This document shows, piece by piece, positions 60,534 through 64,000 of a stretch of DNA of 64,000 nt. Source of the DNA: Oopsacas minuta (taxonomy: Eukaryota > Animalia > Porifera); NCBI GenBank assembly GCA_024704765.1, contig JAKMXF010000017.1, positions 32,322 through 96,321 of the forward strand, written 5' to 3'. The position numbers were made by a program, and so were the translations under genes. Under the pieces are notes generated by a model. It saw only the letters and a program-made list of their open reading frames with translations, had not been told where the DNA came from and did not search any database. Numbering within the stretch: position 1 is the stretch's first letter; every line of letters starts with the position of its first letter.

Positions 60534-62516
60534 TTATAAACTAGACTTAAGCAGCTGTTTGGTGTATTTCCTGTATACTGGATGAACCCCAAATCTATGC
60601 TTATTCCTAGGATTCAATTCTACCCATTCCCACATCGCTCTATACACATCTCCATCCTTCCTGCCCAGAACAGAACGCAGGATTATATCAGGAATATCAA
60701 ACGCATCAACCAAAGCAACAGCTTCAGGTCTCACTTGCTCCAACAGAGACATCAATACACGTCTCAGCTCCACCAAGTCTGTGCTATGTAATACACCACA
60801 TTCTAGAAATGAACCTGACCTACTCAGCATATAGTGCAGTGAGAACACGTTTGATAGAGACTGTAGAATAGTCTGGTTGTGAGAGATCATACTCCTAACC
60901 TCTCTTCCCTCCACAGACTCTATAAATGATTTCACTATCACATAGTAAGTGTGAGCTTCTGCACACTGAGTTAGCTCAATGGCTGCTCCATTCCTGGCGT
61001 CAAATCGATCATTCCCTTTCCTAGCACCATCTCTAAGCTTAGCCAAAGCTCTATCCACACTGCTACGTGCCATGCCTTCATACATAATCAGCTGATCCCG
61101 TGTGGACAGGAAGTCTAGAGAGATAGGACGAGAATATCCTCTCTGGTTAGACAGATATGTGAGGTTGTCTGGGAGAGAAGTGTTAGGATTCTCCAACACT
61201 CTTTGTCTCATCTTAACTAAGTAGTGTGCAGTCTGTAACAAGAGTACAGTATTGTCTCCCTCATACGTCACAGAGGGAGCTGCCTGATAGAATATGTAAG
61301 GAAACCCACTCGACAGAGAATAGCCGTGACCGCCACACGACAAACGACAACTTTCTATTCCCTTAAGAGCCATACTAGTGGCAATAGACTTAACACCTGA
61401 AGAAGTGGCATGCAGTTCTGGCAGAGATTCAATATTATCCTGTGCTAGATGTGACTGAGACTTTGTATACAACCTCAACATGTATTGAGAGATGAAGTAG
61501 AGTGCGTATGCTGAAGAGAGTAGTGGAATTAGTGTGTACTGTTGGTTGACATAGTCGAGGAGCTGAGTTTCCAGTTCTCCTGGTTTGTTCTGTGTCTGTC
61601 TACGCACTATGCTGTAACGAATGGCAATTGTTACTGCTCTAGAAAGCCAATCAAAAGAAGAATAAGCAAGAGTACTACGTACATATACCATAGTACCGTA
61701 GGAGAGCTTTTCAGACTTAGGATGGACATAAGTACCGTCTGGTAACACCTGTGAATAACGCATCAATAAGTTATCTCGTGGAATTCTCACGTGGTCAAAC
61801 CTGAGATAACCATTGTCAGCTTCATCATATCCAAACTTAGGACCTATATCCCCAATAGTAATGCCATTCAATGCTTTATGATTCTCCAAACTTCTCAACT
61901 GCACGATGAAATTATGAATTCCTTTATCCTCCCCTTTCGTGATGAGTCTAGCAGGAACAATTGCATGTGTTGCTATTACACCCATACCTCCAGGCCACCA
62001 TTTGGTAGAAGTGAGGGTTGGACTATGGATATCAAATTCTTGTCTCTCAGGGTCATAAGTTGCTGTCGTTTCTAACCCACGCACAAACGTCCCGTGTCCC
62101 ATTTCAGTCTGAGCATAGCAACCAAGTATGTCATAGTTTAGTGCTAATGGAAGCCATTTGTCCTTCTGCTCCTGAGTGCACTGACCGCGGATGGTTGGTA
62201 TGAACATTATTATTTGTAATGCGTATGGGTTGGTTGATTCTACAGCACGTCGGAAGAGATGTGATTCGACAGGTCCTGATATTTTCAGTTGTGGCATTTT
62301 CTTAGTAATACTGTAGGTAAATTTCCTTACTGCCTCTGAAAATCTTTCTTCAGTGGTTTGGTAATGATAATAAGAATTGTCCAAGTTGGGATCACTTGCC
62401 ACTGCATTTTCTATTTCTCTTTTTCTTTTCACCATTTCTCTTCCTCCATAAATGAGATTTGTTATTTGTTCTGTGTCCAGCCTTGAGGCTTTACGTTCAG
62501 AGGCGAGCAATTCCAT
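60534..62516 (-). CDS. ACOX1: Peroxisomal acyl-CoA oxidase 1, single ORF
   Basis: GCYAQTEMGHGT, KWWPGG, CRLSCGGHGY, TYEGDNTVL and LGRKDGDVY motifs. C-terminal -SSL resembles PTS1. Confidence 0.92.
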   Translation of the reverse strand: MELLASERKASRLDTEQITNLIYGGREMVKRKREIENAVASDPNLDNSYYHYQTTEERFSEAVRKFTYSITKKMPQLKISGPVESHLFRRAVESTNPYALQIIMFIPTIRGQCTQEQKDKWLPLALNYDILGCYAQTEMGHGTFVRGLETTATYDPERQEFDIHSPTLTSTKWWPGGMGVIATHAIVPARLITKGEDKGIHNFIVQLRSLENHKALNGITIGDIGPKFGYDEADNGYLRFDHVRIPRDNLLMRYSQVLPDGTYVHPKSEKLSYGTMVYVRSTLAYSSFDWLSRAVTIAIRYSIVRRQTQNKPGELETQLLDYVNQQYTLIPLLSSAYALYFISQYMLRLYTKSQSHLAQDNIESLPELHATSSGVKSIATSMALKGIESCRLSCGGHGYSLSSGFPYIFYQAAPSVTYEGDNTVLLLQTAHYLVKMRQRVLENPNTSLPDNLTYLSNQRGYSRPISLDFLSTRDQLIMYEGMARSSVDRALAKLRDGARKGNDRFDARNGAAIELTQCAEAHTYYVIVKSFIESVEGREVRSMISHNQTILQSLSNVFSLHYMLSRSGSFLECGVLHSTDLVELRRVLMSLLEQVRPEAVALVDAFDIPDIILRSVLGRKDGDVYRAMWEWVELNPRNKHRFGVHPVYRKYTKQLLKSSL

Positions 62517-63855
62517 GCAAATACTTGTGATTTGGTTGATTACAATTCTTTTATTCGTTTGGATTGGATGTAATCAGAGATATGTGGCTACGTTTCTTAA
62601 ATATTATGGTAGAAGTATATTGTATTACACTTTATCATCCATTTATGGTATCAGATATCTAAGATTTTCCAATGGGAAATATGAACAAATATTCAGTATG
62701 CAGCGTGAGTCCGAAATCAATATGTGATTATTTACTTTTAAAATCTAATCTTATATTATTAATAATTATCAGTAATTGTGTTCTAATTTTGCCTAATTAG
62801 CTCTATTGCTTACTAGTATGGATACGCTTCCATATTCGTCAAACCAATTAATTTCTATTTTACTACAAAATTAATGCTGGCTGGTATATTTTGATAACCT
62901 TTGAAAGAAATTCATTGTGTTGCTATAATAATTAATGTGGATTATTCTGAATTTTAGAAAGAAATTTTAGAGTTCAATTCTGAATGTATATTGTAGGATG
63001 CAATAAATGCTGTCTATTCAATACATAACACGTTATTGCAGTTATTGCTTCGATTTATAAATCAAAGAATGTATATTTTTGATAACGAATATATGTATAC
63101 GTATTAAATCGTCAAATAATCTGAGAAAGGAAGGAAATTGATAATTGGGGGTTAAATTGGTTTTCTATTCATGTTTTTTGCCAATTTCAGTAAAATAGGC
63201 CTTTTAGGTGTTACATGAGATCCTGAAACCTTCTCGTATATATGTATTATAAAAAAAGTAGTCTGTTACGGAATATTTGGATTCAGGGAATTTGACCAAA
63301 CTCATTGAGTTGTTTTAGGCGTATTTACCAATTACCATTAATTAGTGCAGAAGAACCTGACCTGACTGTTGTTCAAGTCTATTTTATGATTATAGTCTTA
63401 GTCATTCCTGGCTAATAAATAGCGATCATATGCTAAGTTGTACTTGCATCGATATCATTAGTGACCACAATTATCACGGACTTCTTTCAGGACTACGCGT
63501 TTATCTCGCTCTGTTGGACTACGATAGTTGGATTGGTTTCCACAAACTTTACAAAAGTTTATTTGTAACAATTTTGTAATGTTGTGAACCTTTCCGAATT
63601 ATCCAGTTCTGATTATCTGAAGCTCCAAAAGGATAAGAACTATCCAAGAGATAGTTATATAATTCTGTATAATTTTGTGAATTTATCAATAACATGTACA
63701 GTCAACATCGGTAACCCGAATGCCCGTTATCTGGAACGAATTTTAATTTCCCCTCGTGGTATATTTTGGTAGTACCACAATATACCTGAAGATTAATGAG
63801 GCGCTTTCGGGGAAACACTGCTTGCGTATATGACAGTTGTACACATTCCTACAAT

Positions 63856-64000
<145 letters not shown>

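Noticed and set aside
37755-62203. Numerous 60-120 aa ORFs antisense or out of frame within BLTP1, HELZ, VLIG, ACOX1, PTP and the transposase
   Set aside because: Shadow ORFs of long genes with no independent motifs.

Overview
AT-rich metazoan (eukaryotic) DNA with compact, intron-poor genes. The gene families and architecture suggest a sponge such as a glass sponge, but this is inference and not verified. Left third: two tandem minus-strand genes with near-identical ectodomains (signal peptide, 6 C-type lectin domains, 2 Ig-like domains). The upstream one (21608-10432) ends in a TM helix and tandem PTP domains; the downstream one (10241-2895) has no TM/PTP exon inside the window. Middle: an orphan 7TM gene with an inverted, deleted copy. 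It is followed by a 5.1-kb block bounded by 12-bp hAT-type TIRs and an exact 8-bp TSD (24976-30107). The block carries an NHL-repeat pseudogene and a complete 3.0-kb Transib/RAG1-like transposon (27050-30047). That element has termini starting with the RSS heptamer CACAGTG and a second conserved block at unequal spacing. Right half: a divergent caspase, single-ORF BLTP1, a HELZ-like helicase, a very large inducible GTPase and ACOX1. Many MITEs and palindromes are scattered throughout.
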